Sequence record: OZ195776.1
Direction: 5' to 3' (one strand)
Length of the DNA stretch: 64,000 nucleotides
This document shows positions 10,023 to 19,012 of the stretch, piece after piece. Position 1 is the stretch's first letter. Each line of letters starts with the position of its first letter. The notes beneath the pieces are model-generated. The model was not told the origin of the DNA and made no database searches. It saw nothing but the letters and a program-made list of their open reading frames with translations. The translations under genes were made by a program, and so were the position numbers.

Positions 10023-12242
10023 CTATACAAATTTAAAGTCAATTGACTTAGTAGAACTGTTGTAACTTACGGACGCTTTGGTAACCATAGCTTCTGCAAA
10101 TTGCACTTCACCATTGGTTGTGATGTTACCACTATCCAAATCAACCGCTGCTCTTGCTGTTCCAGATCCACGATATTCGAATGAATTACTCGAGGTGTTC
10201 CAATACAATCCCCAGTTTGTAGCAGTCTTTAGCCAATACTTACTCGAATCGTTGTACGTAATGCCACCATTGTTGCTATTGATGGTTAGATCGCCACCAT
10301 TGATGGTTAGATCGCCACCAACTGTTGTATTGCCGGTCGTTGATAAAGTACCAGCAAATTCAGCAGAACCACGGACCAGTTTCAACCAACGGGTAAACGT
10401 GCTTGATGTTGCGCTCGTATCGTAATCACCAAACTCCATGTACTCAGTGCCGTTATCGTCCCAAGTAGAGAAACGCATGTATCCAGAATTCGAACCGCCC
10501 TTCATTTCGATGAATCCACCATCGCTTGATCCAGGTAATTGGAATTGGATTTGCGACACACTGGTCAAGCTCGTGTGATTATGCGAATCGTCAGCAACAG
10601 TAGCAGTCAACGAAACATTCGCCGTACCATCCATTGAAACAGAGCCACTCACATCACCAGCTAACGTCAGTGTTCTTGCGGTAGTCCACTTGTCAGCGTT
10701 TGGATGATATCCATCGTTGAATACCCATTGATCCACCCCACCATGCCACACAGATAGCTTTCTACCAGCAGATGAACCAGATCCGTGTACTCGAGTGTGC
10801 GTTTCTGCGCCGGTTGAATTACCAATGCGTAGAATATTATCAGCAGCAGTGTCAATCAGACGCTGGCCAGTGCGTGTCTGGAAGTTCTGAGCTCGAATGT
10901 TTGTACCAGTTAGTATGCCGGTCATCGTGTCGCCAGTAACGTTCAAGTAACGATTATCAAGCGTTGAGTAATCTCCAGCGTGGAATATGGCATTTCCTTT
11001 GTAACTAACGCCGTTATGATCCACGTAAAACGTCGATACCCAAGCACCACCAGTTTTATACTGAACATTGAATTTGGACGAGTCGGAGTCGTTGTCATTA
11101 TCCACTCGAACCATCAGTCCGCCGTCATCCACAACCAAATTCACAACGTCATCACCAGTGTTTGATGACGCATTACGTTTTAAACGGAATCCGGTACTGG
11201 TATCGAACTCAGTTGCACCGTTGAACTCCGACGTTGCGGTTGTTAGGAAATTACCAGTCACGCCTGCAAATGACCAAGTATCTCCAGATAGCTTATTGCC
11301 ACGAACGAGGATGTTGTCGCCAGACGTGTTGCCCAGATACGTGTTGGTTGCATACAGATACGTGTTCTGAACGTCTGATTGAATGTAGAAGTCACCGCCC
11401 TTATACGAAACTCGAGTACTGGAGTCGTTGAAGAAGTATCCAGAAGAACGATCTACAGATGCGTACAAACGACTACCTTGGACATATCGACTCGCGATTA
11501 AATCAGACGTTGCTCTTGCTGTGCCGTAAAACGCCGATACGTAGTCGCTACTTCCAGCTCGTGTAAACGATAGGATGTTATCACCACCACCGTTGTTAAT
11601 GAACATGACTGACGAATCTTCCATCGTACCCATCATGCTGATTAGCGTATCACTTGAGGTGCCTGAGTGGTCAACTTGAATCATGCCATCAGTGACATGA
11701 AGCGTTGGTACGTTTAGCGTACCGGTCATTGTATCGCCAGCAGTGTTTACGTAACGACCATCCAATGTATTGTTGATATTGCCTGTGTGCAACATCGTGT
11801 ATGTATTTGCACCATTAAAGTAATTAAAGTTACCGCTATGGTCCATTTGCCAGTATTTCGGACTCGCTCCGTATGTACTACCAAAACGGAGTTCGTTGCT
11901 ACCAATACCACCACCAGTGCCCATGTAACGAATTTGCCACGCGTAGTGAGTATCAGCTTTACCATTACCCATACTAATCCACGAATCAGTGCTGCTGAAT
12001 GCTGTATTGGTCAAATCCAGCTGTTCGCCCGCGTTTGTAATGCGTAGCGCACCAGTCATAGTATCACCGGAACGTTTAACAACCGACGTCGTTAAATCCG
12101 TGTGTGGGTCTGGCTTATCGTGTTCTGTGTAAATTTTATAGCCGGAGTAACGAATCGTCTCACCTTGAGTATCAAAACGAAGATTTCCGCTATGCCATAC
12201 TAAGTTTCCGCCGATTGAGGTCGACGATCTTAACTCTGCCAT
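10023..12242 (-). CDS. tail fibre protein, N-terminus shared with 2270-5608
   Basis: First ~40 aa nearly identical to the gp37-like fibre; GDTMTG and ADKWTTARTLTL fibre motifs. Confidence 0.8.
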   Translation of the reverse strand: MAELRSSTSIGGNLVWHSGNLRFDTQGETIRYSGYKIYTEHDKPDPHTDLTTSVVKRSGDTMTGALRITNAGEQLDLTNTAFSSTDSWISMGNGKADTHYAWQIRYMGTGGGIGSNELRFGSTYGASPKYWQMDHSGNFNYFNGANTYTMLHTGNINNTLDGRYVNTAGDTMTGTLNVPTLHVTDGMIQVDHSGTSSDTLISMMGTMEDSSVMFINNGGGDNILSFTRAGSSDYVSAFYGTARATSDLIASRYVQGSRLYASVDRSSGYFFNDSSTRVSYKGGDFYIQSDVQNTYLYATNTYLGNTSGDNILVRGNKLSGDTWSFAGVTGNFLTTATSEFNGATEFDTSTGFRLKRNASSNTGDDVVNLVVDDGGLMVRVDNDNDSDSSKFNVQYKTGGAWVSTFYVDHNGVSYKGNAIFHAGDYSTLDNRYLNVTGDTMTGILTGTNIRAQNFQTRTGQRLIDTAADNILRIGNSTGAETHTRVHGSGSSAGRKLSVWHGGVDQWVFNDGYHPNADKWTTARTLTLAGDVSGSVSMDGTANVSLTATVADDSHNHTSLTSVSQIQFQLPGSSDGGFIEMKGGSNSGYMRFSTWDDNGTEYMEFGDYDTSATSSTFTRWLKLVRGSAEFAGTLSTTGNTTVGGDLTINGGDLTINSNNGGITYNDSSKYWLKTATNWGLYWNTSSNSFEYRGSGTARAAVDLDSGNITTNGEVQFAEAMVTKASVSYNSSTKSIDFKFV

Positions 12243-12284
12243 TTTATGTTCCTTCTCGTATATTTTTCTATTTATGGCAGATAC

Positions 12285-12310
12285 AAAAAAAGCGCCAAAA
12301 GGCGCTTTCT
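12285..12310 (-). terminator. intrinsic terminator
   Basis: AGCGCC-TTTT-GGCGCT followed by T tract on - strand. Confidence 0.8.
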
Positions 12311-12324
12311 TAATTTAATCATTT

Positions 12325-13011
12325 TTACTGCTGGAGCTCACGTTCCAATTCGTAAGATTTACACTTCGCAACTTCGAGCATTACGTCACTGTAATCTTCG
12401 TCAGTTAGGAACTGCTTATTGTCTGTCAGACCAATCAACTTCACTTTAGCTCGGTTACAAGTCTTAGAAGCAGCGATTAGACGATCGTACAACGCCGGTT
12501 CAAGAACGTTTTCAACTTCACCGCTCATCGTTTTGTCTTCATCAATCACAACAACCTGTGTTGGAACAACAGTAACTGACTGAGCTGTTTCAACACCACA
12601 CAAACGTTCCATTGTATTGCCGTATGTGTTCTTGAACTGATTCGTGATAAACTTAGGACGTTGTTCTTCCAAACGATCTGGATATTGAATCGTGTATGCT
12701 AGCTCATCTTTCTTGATTTCATCGTAGTAATCACAGAACGGATACTTGCTCATGTCTGGTTTCGTTGACGTGAAGCCGTTACCAGCTTTTGCCGAACGAA
12801 CATTTGAGATGCGATCTTCGTTCATCTTCTGAATCGTGATTTCGTACGACATTGCACGGTCACTGTTGATAAAGAAGTCACCGTCGTATGCTTTGAACAT
12901 TGCCTTTTCGATAGGCGACACGTGATACTTTGCAACTTCGTAGTCTGAACGACCACAAGCTGTTAGTAGAAGACCAAGACCGATAATTGCAATAGATTTT
13001 ACGAGTTTCAT
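12325..13011 (-). CDS. putative lipoprotein
   Basis: Signal peptide with lipobox LLTA-C. Confidence 0.7.
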   Translation of the reverse strand: MKLVKSIAIIGLGLLLTACGRSDYEVAKYHVSPIEKAMFKAYDGDFFINSDRAMSYEITIQKMNEDRISNVRSAKAGNGFTSTKPDMSKYPFCDYYDEIKKDELAYTIQYPDRLEEQRPKFITNQFKNTYGNTMERLCGVETAQSVTVVPTQVVVIDEDKTMSGEVENVLEPALYDRLIAASKTCNRAKVKLIGLTDNKQFLTDEDYSDVMLEVAKCKSYELERELQQ

Positions 13012-13892
13012 AGTAGCTCCAATTTTAAGTAAACACCGCCAGACACTTTATTTGCACCGTAGTAAGAAGTGCACTTGTAACGCCCTGGCTTAACTTTGAC
13101 GATATCATAGCTGCCTTTCTCAGGAACGTCAACGTTATTTTTACGACATTGCTCTTCTAAAATCTGAACGTCTACCATGCTCGTCCACCAAAGGTCAGTA
13201 CAAACATAACCAACTTCAACTGCGTCAGGACCGCCGAGTGGTTTAGCTTCATCAGTTTCTTCATCGTAAGCAGAACCGATTAGAATCGTTCCGTCGTGAT
13301 CCCAGATACGTGGACAGCTATTGCCGACAAATGAGTAGAAGAAACCGTAATCAGCATACGCTTCTGTGGTTTTACGAAGACCGATAAAACGATTGACGTC
13401 GTAGTCGTGGCCATCGTTATCACAAATCGTACGCATTTCGCCAATGTAGTCGTTTACGTACAGCTCACCGGATGGACAATCGATGATTACTTCAAACGCT
13501 TCCAGACGTTGCTGACAAGGTTCGGATACACAGGTAACAGTTTGACCTTTCAGCTCAAACGTAATGGTCTCACCACAAGTATCACAACCATGATAAGAAG
13601 GAGTCTTGATTACCACAACATCTTCACCTTTCAACGCTGCAACCAGTTTATCGGATTGTAGACGATGGAAGTATGGTTCGAAGTTGTACACAGAATGACC
13701 GTTTTGGTCTTTGCGATTGGCGTGTTTGAAAATCTTCTTCACGAGAGAATCCAGGAACAGAGCAGCATGATCACCAAACTCTACTTGAATCGCATCTACG
13801 TACTGGATTTGTTCTTCCAACGAAGGAAGTTTAGCTTTGTTATCAAAGATGTATTTGTTGCTAAATTCACTAACCGAAAATGTATCAGACAT
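13008..13892 (-). CDS. hypothetical protein
   Basis: Long ORF with CxxC motifs; overlaps the next gene by 4 nt. Confidence 0.75.
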   Translation of the reverse strand: MSDTFSVSEFSNKYIFDNKAKLPSLEEQIQYVDAIQVEFGDHAALFLDSLVKKIFKHANRKDQNGHSVYNFEPYFHRLQSDKLVAALKGEDVVVIKTPSYHGCDTCGETITFELKGQTVTCVSEPCQQRLEAFEVIIDCPSGELYVNDYIGEMRTICDNDGHDYDVNRFIGLRKTTEAYADYGFFYSFVGNSCPRIWDHDGTILIGSAYDEETDEAKPLGGPDAVEVGYVCTDLWWTSMVDVQILEEQCRKNNVDVPEKGSYDIVKVKPGRYKCTSYYGANKVSGGVYLKLELL

Positions 13893-13917
13893 GTTATTCT
13901 CACTATATTTTAGAGAC

Positions 13918-13943
13918 AAAAAAGGCGGGATTTCCCGCCTTTC
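13918..13943 (-). terminator. intrinsic terminator after the DUF2828 gene
   Basis: AAAGGCGGGA-AA-TCCCGCCTTT plus T tract. Confidence 0.8.
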
Positions 13944-13949
13944 AAAGGT

Positions 13950-15392
13950 TTAACCGCGGAAGAATTCCAGATCGTAGCGCTCGTTGCCAACCGCTTGCAT
14001 CATGATCTTCACAGGTTCAAGCTCACCACCCAACAAGTTGGTTAGGATGCTTGGCGAACAGCCGCTTACTAGAGCAGTGCCCACTTCACCAGACTTAACT
14101 GGTACGTTGCCGATACGACCACGTAGGTTCCAGAAAACCAGTTGTGGCATTTCGTAACCAGCTCGAGCGTACTCTTGCTTGATTACTTCCAAGTTGGTCT
14201 TCTGACCACCGCCCCAGTAACCTGCACCAGCTTGGTCGAATTCCATGTCTGACAGAATCAGCATCTTGGTTGGTAGGTCTTCTTGCGATAGACCCGCTTG
14301 AACTGCACGTTGCAATAGGACTCGGAAGACCTTGTTCACGTCAGTCGACATGTTTTCGCCTGAGCGATCCATGTTCATTAGGCGTTCGTGCAACGTTGCA
14401 CCTTTCAGTGCGTGGAAGTGTGGGTCGCTTGAGAACGAAATGAATTGGTTCTGGAAGATACCTTCATTGCGCTCTGCGATGTAAATGCCCAAAGACATTG
14501 CAACATCTTTACAAGTTACCGAACCAGTACCTGCGTTGATTGGAGTCTGCATAGAGCCAGACACGTCAACGATTGGCATGATGCGTTCGTCGCTACCTTC
14601 CATGTAGTTAGGTAGAGCCTTCCACTGTGCATCCGCTACGCGAGCATCACCTCGGTTGACTGACTTAACAATGTCGTATGGGTAAACCGCACCAGCGTTG
14701 ATCTTCTCAGTGCCTTTTTCAAGACCTTGAATGTACTGAGTGTACGTTTCCTGAGCGTTGCGACCAAACGCTTTTTGGTATCGAGCAGAAGCTACCGATG
14801 GTAGTTTGCCGAATTCAATTGCGTCCCACTCACGAGCACACATCTTCTGTTCAACGGTATCAGACAACATTGACAGAATCTTACGAAGCTGTTTGTTCTT
14901 GATATCAGCAGCTTTTGCAAGCGCTTTGAAGACATGACCGTTTGCAGACTTCTCACGAGGAGTCCACTTCGCAGCAAGGCCGTTGCGCTCGTTTACCAAC
15001 GCGTTCAGCCAAAGAGCTTCTGCATCAGCTTGAACTTGCGTACCAAAGGCAACCACAAGATCATCCCAACGACCAAGAGCTGGAACTTTGAACATTACTG
15101 CTCGCGCCAAATCTGGTTTCTCGTTACACAGTTTTGCGAATACCGTACGGAATACGTTACGCTCACCTGCACCACCACGAACGTCACGAGCCCACATCAA
15201 GATGCGAGTTGCAACTTCTTGGTTTTCACCGAACGCTCGGCTAAACAGAGTTACTGCTTCATCAGGAGTACGGCGAAGCGCACCAGCTGTGAAGAACCAG
15301 TCCAGACAAGCTGTACCGGATGTTGAATGTGTTACCGCACCGTTTTCAGTACGTGCGTCGTTTGTTTGCATTGCGTTCATAAAGTTGCTCAT
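13950..15392 (-). CDS. DUF2828-family TROVE-like/vWA protein (Ro60-related)
   Basis: TENGA, RDVRGGAGER, GRWDD, AAKWTPRE, EQKMCAREW, GAVYPYDIV, MIDAS DVSGSM, LSDMEFD, FWNL motifs. Confidence 0.85.
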   Translation of the reverse strand: MSNFMNAMQTNDARTENGAVTHSTSGTACLDWFFTAGALRRTPDEAVTLFSRAFGENQEVATRILMWARDVRGGAGERNVFRTVFAKLCNEKPDLARAVMFKVPALGRWDDLVVAFGTQVQADAEALWLNALVNERNGLAAKWTPREKSANGHVFKALAKAADIKNKQLRKILSMLSDTVEQKMCAREWDAIEFGKLPSVASARYQKAFGRNAQETYTQYIQGLEKGTEKINAGAVYPYDIVKSVNRGDARVADAQWKALPNYMEGSDERIMPIVDVSGSMQTPINAGTGSVTCKDVAMSLGIYIAERNEGIFQNQFISFSSDPHFHALKGATLHERLMNMDRSGENMSTDVNKVFRVLLQRAVQAGLSQEDLPTKMLILSDMEFDQAGAGYWGGGQKTNLEVIKQEYARAGYEMPQLVFWNLRGRIGNVPVKSGEVGTALVSGCSPSILTNLLGGELEPVKIMMQAVGNERYDLEFFRG

Positions 15393-15396
15393 TTTC

Positions 15397-15433
15397 AGAA
15401 ATCCTATTTTCAAATGTGTGCTGTATAATTTCT
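15397..15433 (-). promoter_or_regulatory. RNA-module hairpin overlapping the RBS of the DUF2828 gene
   Basis: AGAAAT-TATACAGCACAC-...-AGG-ATTTCT; same module as in eight ncRNAs at 24.8-30.2 kb. Confidence 0.6.
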
Positions 15434-15738
15434 TAACAGCGTGGCATTACCACGCCATTTTTATGGATAGTAATTTTCAGACCGTTTCCAGTCTTATTGA
15501 TGCGAACGTTCTTGTAGCCGTTTTGACGAAGAAGCTCGCTAATAATCTGACTACCCATATTCTGAGTGTCTTCGAGATGGTGTTGTATGTCCATTTCTAA
15601 GGGGAACTCTACACCATCTTTTAAAGAAGTAAACCCTTTATCCATTTCTTTTGAATAAAAATCAGTTAGAGTTTGGCGAACGTCGTGGTTTCGCTGTGTA
15701 ATCTGCTTGTTCAGATCATCGTAATGAGGAATTGTCAT
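15433..15738 (-). CDS. hypothetical protein, paralog-like to 15716-16048
   Basis: Shared ELLxxxG(Y/F)xN motif; start reassigned to MTIPH. Confidence 0.6.
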   Translation of the reverse strand: MTIPHYDDLNKQITQRNHDVRQTLTDFYSKEMDKGFTSLKDGVEFPLEMDIQHHLEDTQNMGSQIISELLRQNGYKNVRINKTGNGLKITIHKNGVVMPRC

Positions 15739-16048
15739 TGTTTGCCTTAATAATAATTCGGAACATTCGATTCGAATCGCTGAATCGGCTGTCTGGTTCG
15801 TATCCAGGGACTTTAACTTCTGCGTTTCTAAAGCCATGTAATGCCAGAAGTTCGCGCACTTGGTCAGCATGAGCTTCTGTCGTTTTGTTAACACATCCAA
15901 TTTTGATGTGGAAATCAAATGGGAATTTCCCATTTAACATACCAGAAAAGAACTTTTCAATTTCTTCACTAGCTTGTTTCTTCACCGTTTCCAGCTCACG
16001 AGCGTAACTCGCATCTGAAAGTGATTTAACTGCGTCGTACGTGATCAT
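15716..16048 (-). CDS. hypothetical protein
   Basis: ORF with GGTGG upstream; coupled to neighbours. Confidence 0.65.
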   Translation of the reverse strand: MITYDAVKSLSDASYARELETVKKQASEEIEKFFSGMLNGKFPFDFHIKIGCVNKTTEAHADQVRELLALHGFRNAEVKVPGYEPDSRFSDSNRMFRIIIKANNDNSSLR

Positions 16049-16554
16049 TACCACCACCCTTTATTAGCTTGATCAATCCAGAATTGACGCACGTTTGGTT
16101 GTGCATCTTCCCAACAAGAAGTTGTTGGAATCGCTTCGCGGTACTCATTGTAGAGCTTTTGAGCACGATCTAACATGCGACGAGCGTGCACGTCTGCAGG
16201 TTTCGCGAACACGTTTGCACGAACATCAACGGTAACAAAGTTGGTAGAGTCACCTGTGCAGTGCATCGCGCGAGCTTTGATAATTTCAACCCAAACATTG
16301 TCGTTGTGAACTGCACGAACGATACCAAGTTTCTTGGTATCGTCACAATCGTTATACATCGGACGAGCAAGACCATCAATCGGAGGAATACCGAAACCAT
16401 CCCAGCCGTCATCTTTAGCAGAATCAGGTACTAACTCCCACTCATTAGGAGAAAAGTAGTTGCGTTTGGCTTCCTTACCCCACTGCGATGTAATGTTCTT
16501 CGCTCGGATTAGACGAATCTGAGTTGAAGGTTTGTAATGATTTGCGTTTAGCAT
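16048..16554 (-). CDS. hypothetical protein
   Basis: 168-aa ORF in a coupled operon. Confidence 0.65.
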   Translation of the reverse strand: MLNANHYKPSTQIRLIRAKNITSQWGKEAKRNYFSPNEWELVPDSAKDDGWDGFGIPPIDGLARPMYNDCDDTKKLGIVRAVHNDNVWVEIIKARAMHCTGDSTNFVTVDVRANVFAKPADVHARRMLDRAQKLYNEYREAIPTTSCWEDAQPNVRQFWIDQANKGWW

Positions 16555-16880
16555 TCTTTAACCTTTTTCTTTGGAATTGGATCATTGGTAAACAAACGAT
16601 CACCTTTAGAAGCAATAATGATATCGATTTGAGTGATATACATTGGAGCACGAGCAAAACTTTGCATCATACAACTTGCACCGGACGTACCCTCTTCGAA
16701 TTTGTCGTAGAGACCTAACAGACCAGCAGCATTGCCCAATAGAGTTGGGATGCGCTCAACGCTTACATCAAGCGTTTCTGCGATTTGAGGATACGTCAGA
16801 CCACCAAGAAACAGTTTGCCAGCGTAAAGTGAACGACCTTGCTTGTTAAGACGTTGTTTGATTTTGCCTACTTGATACAT
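16548..16880 (-). CDS. helix-turn-helix protein (sigma region 4-like)
   Basis: GLTYPQIAETLDVSVERI; SD GGAG; promoter-like TTGACT-16-TAAGAT upstream. Confidence 0.6.
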   Translation of the reverse strand: MYQVGKIKQRLNKQGRSLYAGKLFLGGLTYPQIAETLDVSVERIPTLLGNAAGLLGLYDKFEEGTSGASCMMQSFARAPMYITQIDIIIASKGDRLFTNDPIPKKKVKEC

Positions 16881-16945
16881 AATTTACTCTCCAAATGCTT
16901 TGTCAATGCCCTGCATCTTACAGGGCTCAATTTTTAAGTCAACTA

Positions 16946-17275
16946 TTATTTTCGAACAAATAGCGAACCAATTTGACGATATTGTTGTGTGTATTCCAAT
17001 AGCTTGCTCATTTTCATACGAGCAACAGGATTTGATGTTACCAACATTACACGATGCGGCAAGTTGTTAGCATCAATCGCACACGATAAGATATCGTATC
17101 CTTCGTGACCAGGAGTTTCATCATCCAAGTCGTTATCCATCAACAATGTAATGTCTTGCAAGTTTGTGTGTTTAACAAAGGACATTCCCTCATCAAACGT
17201 ACGAATCACCAGCTTTTTGTCACTAGGACGTACGAACTGATTGATGTCTCGGAGATCGTCGATTAGTACGAACAT
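16946..17275 (-). CDS. cyclic-phosphate processing receiver-like domain protein
   Basis: LIDDLR, LLMDNDL...EGYD and VTSNPVAR motifs. Confidence 0.65.
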   Translation of the reverse strand: MFVLIDDLRDINQFVRPSDKKLVIRTFDEGMSFVKHTNLQDITLLMDNDLDDETPGHEGYDILSCAIDANNLPHRVMLVTSNPVARMKMSKLLEYTQQYRQIGSLFVRK

Positions 17276-17516
17276 GTATTACCTTCTCTTTAAATTGAAC
17301 CAACATGCGATGGCTGAAATCGTCAGGATGCTCGTTCAACAATTCTGCGTTTCGCCAAAGCCCACACTCGTTACGGACTGCTCGTCCAAGACCCATGTGG
17401 TAACGACTCGGGTCCGATTCCAAGAAAGCATCTTGAACTTCAGATTCCGTGTGATTCCACGCTTCGGATAGAAACTTTTGACAGCGACGTTCCAAAATAG
17501 TAATGATGATAGCCAT
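17223..17516 (-). CDS. DUF6794-like protein
   Basis: HMGLGRAVRNECGLW...HPDDFS motif. Confidence 0.55.
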   Translation of the reverse strand: MAIIITILERRCQKFLSEAWNHTESEVQDAFLESDPSRYHMGLGRAVRNECGLWRNAELLNEHPDDFSHRMLVQFKEKVIHVRTNRRSPRHQSVRTS

Positions 17517-17567
17517 AACAACCTCTTTTCATAAGTAATTACAATCATTATCCATTTTGATACGAGG

Positions 17568-17855
17568 ATGTCAACGGTGAAAACTAAAATAAACATAGGA
17601 AAACGTTTGAAAGCGGTAAAGAACGCATTTGATGCGCGCCGTTTCAGAAAGATGAGTGGCTTGGAGACAAAGCTAATGAAAGCGGAACGTGACTTGAATT
17701 ACAAGGATGCTAAGAAATATGCGTTTGAATTGCGCGACTACGCAACGAAGAGTATGAGAAAGGCGACTTCTGATGAGGAACGCAACCACGTTCAAGGTTA
17801 CATTGACAAGGCGAAGCAGTCGTTGTACGAATTGACAATCAATCACGCCATATAA
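17568..17855 (+). CDS. hypothetical basic protein on the strand opposite its neighbours
   Basis: GAGG SD, 95 aa, followed by a bidirectional terminator. Confidence 0.6.
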   Translation: MSTVKTKINIGKRLKAVKNAFDARRFRKMSGLETKLMKAERDLNYKDAKKYAFELRDYATKSMRKATSDEERNHVQGYIDKAKQSLYELTINHAI

Positions 17856-17859
17856 AGAA

Positions 17860-17885
17860 AAAGCCGCTATATAGCGGCTTTTTAT
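17860..17885. terminator. bidirectional terminator
   Basis: AAAAGCCGC-TATATA-GCGGCTTTT. Confidence 0.85.
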
Positions 17886-18097
17886 TAGGATTTACGTCGT
17901 AGTTTCTGAGAGATCGTTTGATCTACAACCGTGGAGTAAGTTAGATGTCTTTTGTAGAACTTTTTGTCGTGATTGGTGCATTCGAATCGATTGATCTCTT
18001 TGCGAATTTTCGCAAGTACTTTGTTCAACGATTTACGAAGGCTGCACACTTCTGAAAGGTTCATACGGTTTAGGTCATCTGCTGTTAGGAATTCCAT
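17885..18097 (-). CDS. hypothetical protein
   Basis: GAGG SD; 70 aa. Confidence 0.6.
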   Translation of the reverse strand: MEFLTADDLNRMNLSEVCSLRKSLNKVLAKIRKEINRFECTNHDKKFYKRHLTYSTVVDQTISQKLRRKS

Positions 18098-18184
18098 GAT
18101 TGTTACCTCTATTGATTGACAAAAAAAGAGGGAGCAAGGAATCGAACCTCGATGTACCAGTCTCCCTCATAGGAGAACGACTAG

Positions 18185-18391
18185 TTAATACGCCAACATC
18201 ATTGCACGACGCATACGTTCTTTTTCGGTTAGCTCTTCTTCGACAACATCGACTTTCGGAGCTTCTTCCGGTTCTTTCTTAGCGCCACCTTTAGCTTCAA
18301 TGCTATCCCACAAAGGACTGTTGCGCCACTTTTCATTGTGCCCGTTTCCAGCGCCACGACCTTCACGAGCATGAGATTTGAAATTACTCAT
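18185..18391 (-). CDS. hypothetical protein
   Basis: Start reassigned to MSNFKSH, overlapping the upstream stop. Confidence 0.55.
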   Translation of the reverse strand: MSNFKSHAREGRGAGNGHNEKWRNSPLWDSIEAKGGAKKEPEEAPKVDVVEEELTEKERMRRAMMLAY

Positions 18392-18584
18392 TTGACTTCC
18401 TGGTTGCAGCACGCACAGTAGCGGCAGCCGCAACTGCACCAGCGACTTTAGCACCAGTCTTTGCACGACTACCAGCCTTGCGCGCGCCAGATTTCACTTT
18501 GCGTTTAACACGATCGCGTCTACGCTCTTTTGGCTTCTCTTCTTCCATAAATTGGTCGAAGGTTTTAAGTTTGGACATATCCAT
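18384..18584 (-). CDS. basic internal head protein-like
   Basis: N-terminal LKTFDQFMEE resembles the T4 capsid-targeting sequence; Lys/Arg/Ala rich; TAAATA upstream. Confidence 0.55.
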   Translation of the reverse strand: MDMSKLKTFDQFMEEEKPKERRRDRVKRKVKSGARKAGSRAKTGAKVAGAVAAAATVRAATRKSNE

Positions 18585-18619
18585 AACATCTCTCCTTTGA
18601 GTATTATGGACTATTTAAG

Positions 18620-19012
18620 CTAATCAGCAAATGGGTCCGACAAGTCATGTGCCAAACGAACGCGGTGCTTCTTGGAGACTCGGAATCCAGCTCGGTCAAT
18701 GACTTCATCCAAGTTAATCCAATTCTTCATATTAAGCTCGAGATACTTTCCACTGCCGTGCCACGTACGATCACATACGATACGCGTACCAATGGACTGG
18801 TATTTTCCAGCAATAGTAGCGTACATCGTTTCTTCTTTCGTCTCGTACATAAAATCCCCATGTATAACGCGTATTCTAACGCGTGAGAACGATTCTACAC
18901 CGAGGAACTCGTTGGAGATGAATCCGTTTACAGATAATTTCATAAACGTCTGAGAATCCGGCATATCGCGGATTCTCTTCATCTTTTCAATTGATACTCG
19001 TTTGTTTATCAT
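18620..19012 (-). CDS. hypothetical protein
   Basis: 130 aa, coupled to Sir2. Confidence 0.65.
   Translation of the reverse strand: MINKRVSIEKMKRIRDMPDSQTFMKLSVNGFISNEFLGVESFSRVRIRVIHGDFMYETKEETMYATIAGKYQSIGTRIVCDRTWHGSGKYLELNMKNWINLDEVIDRAGFRVSKKHRVRLAHDLSDPFAD

Noticed and set aside
10281-10320. 21-nt tandem repeat (GGDLTIN twice) in the 739-aa fibre
   Set aside because: An in-frame micro-duplication typical of tail fibres.
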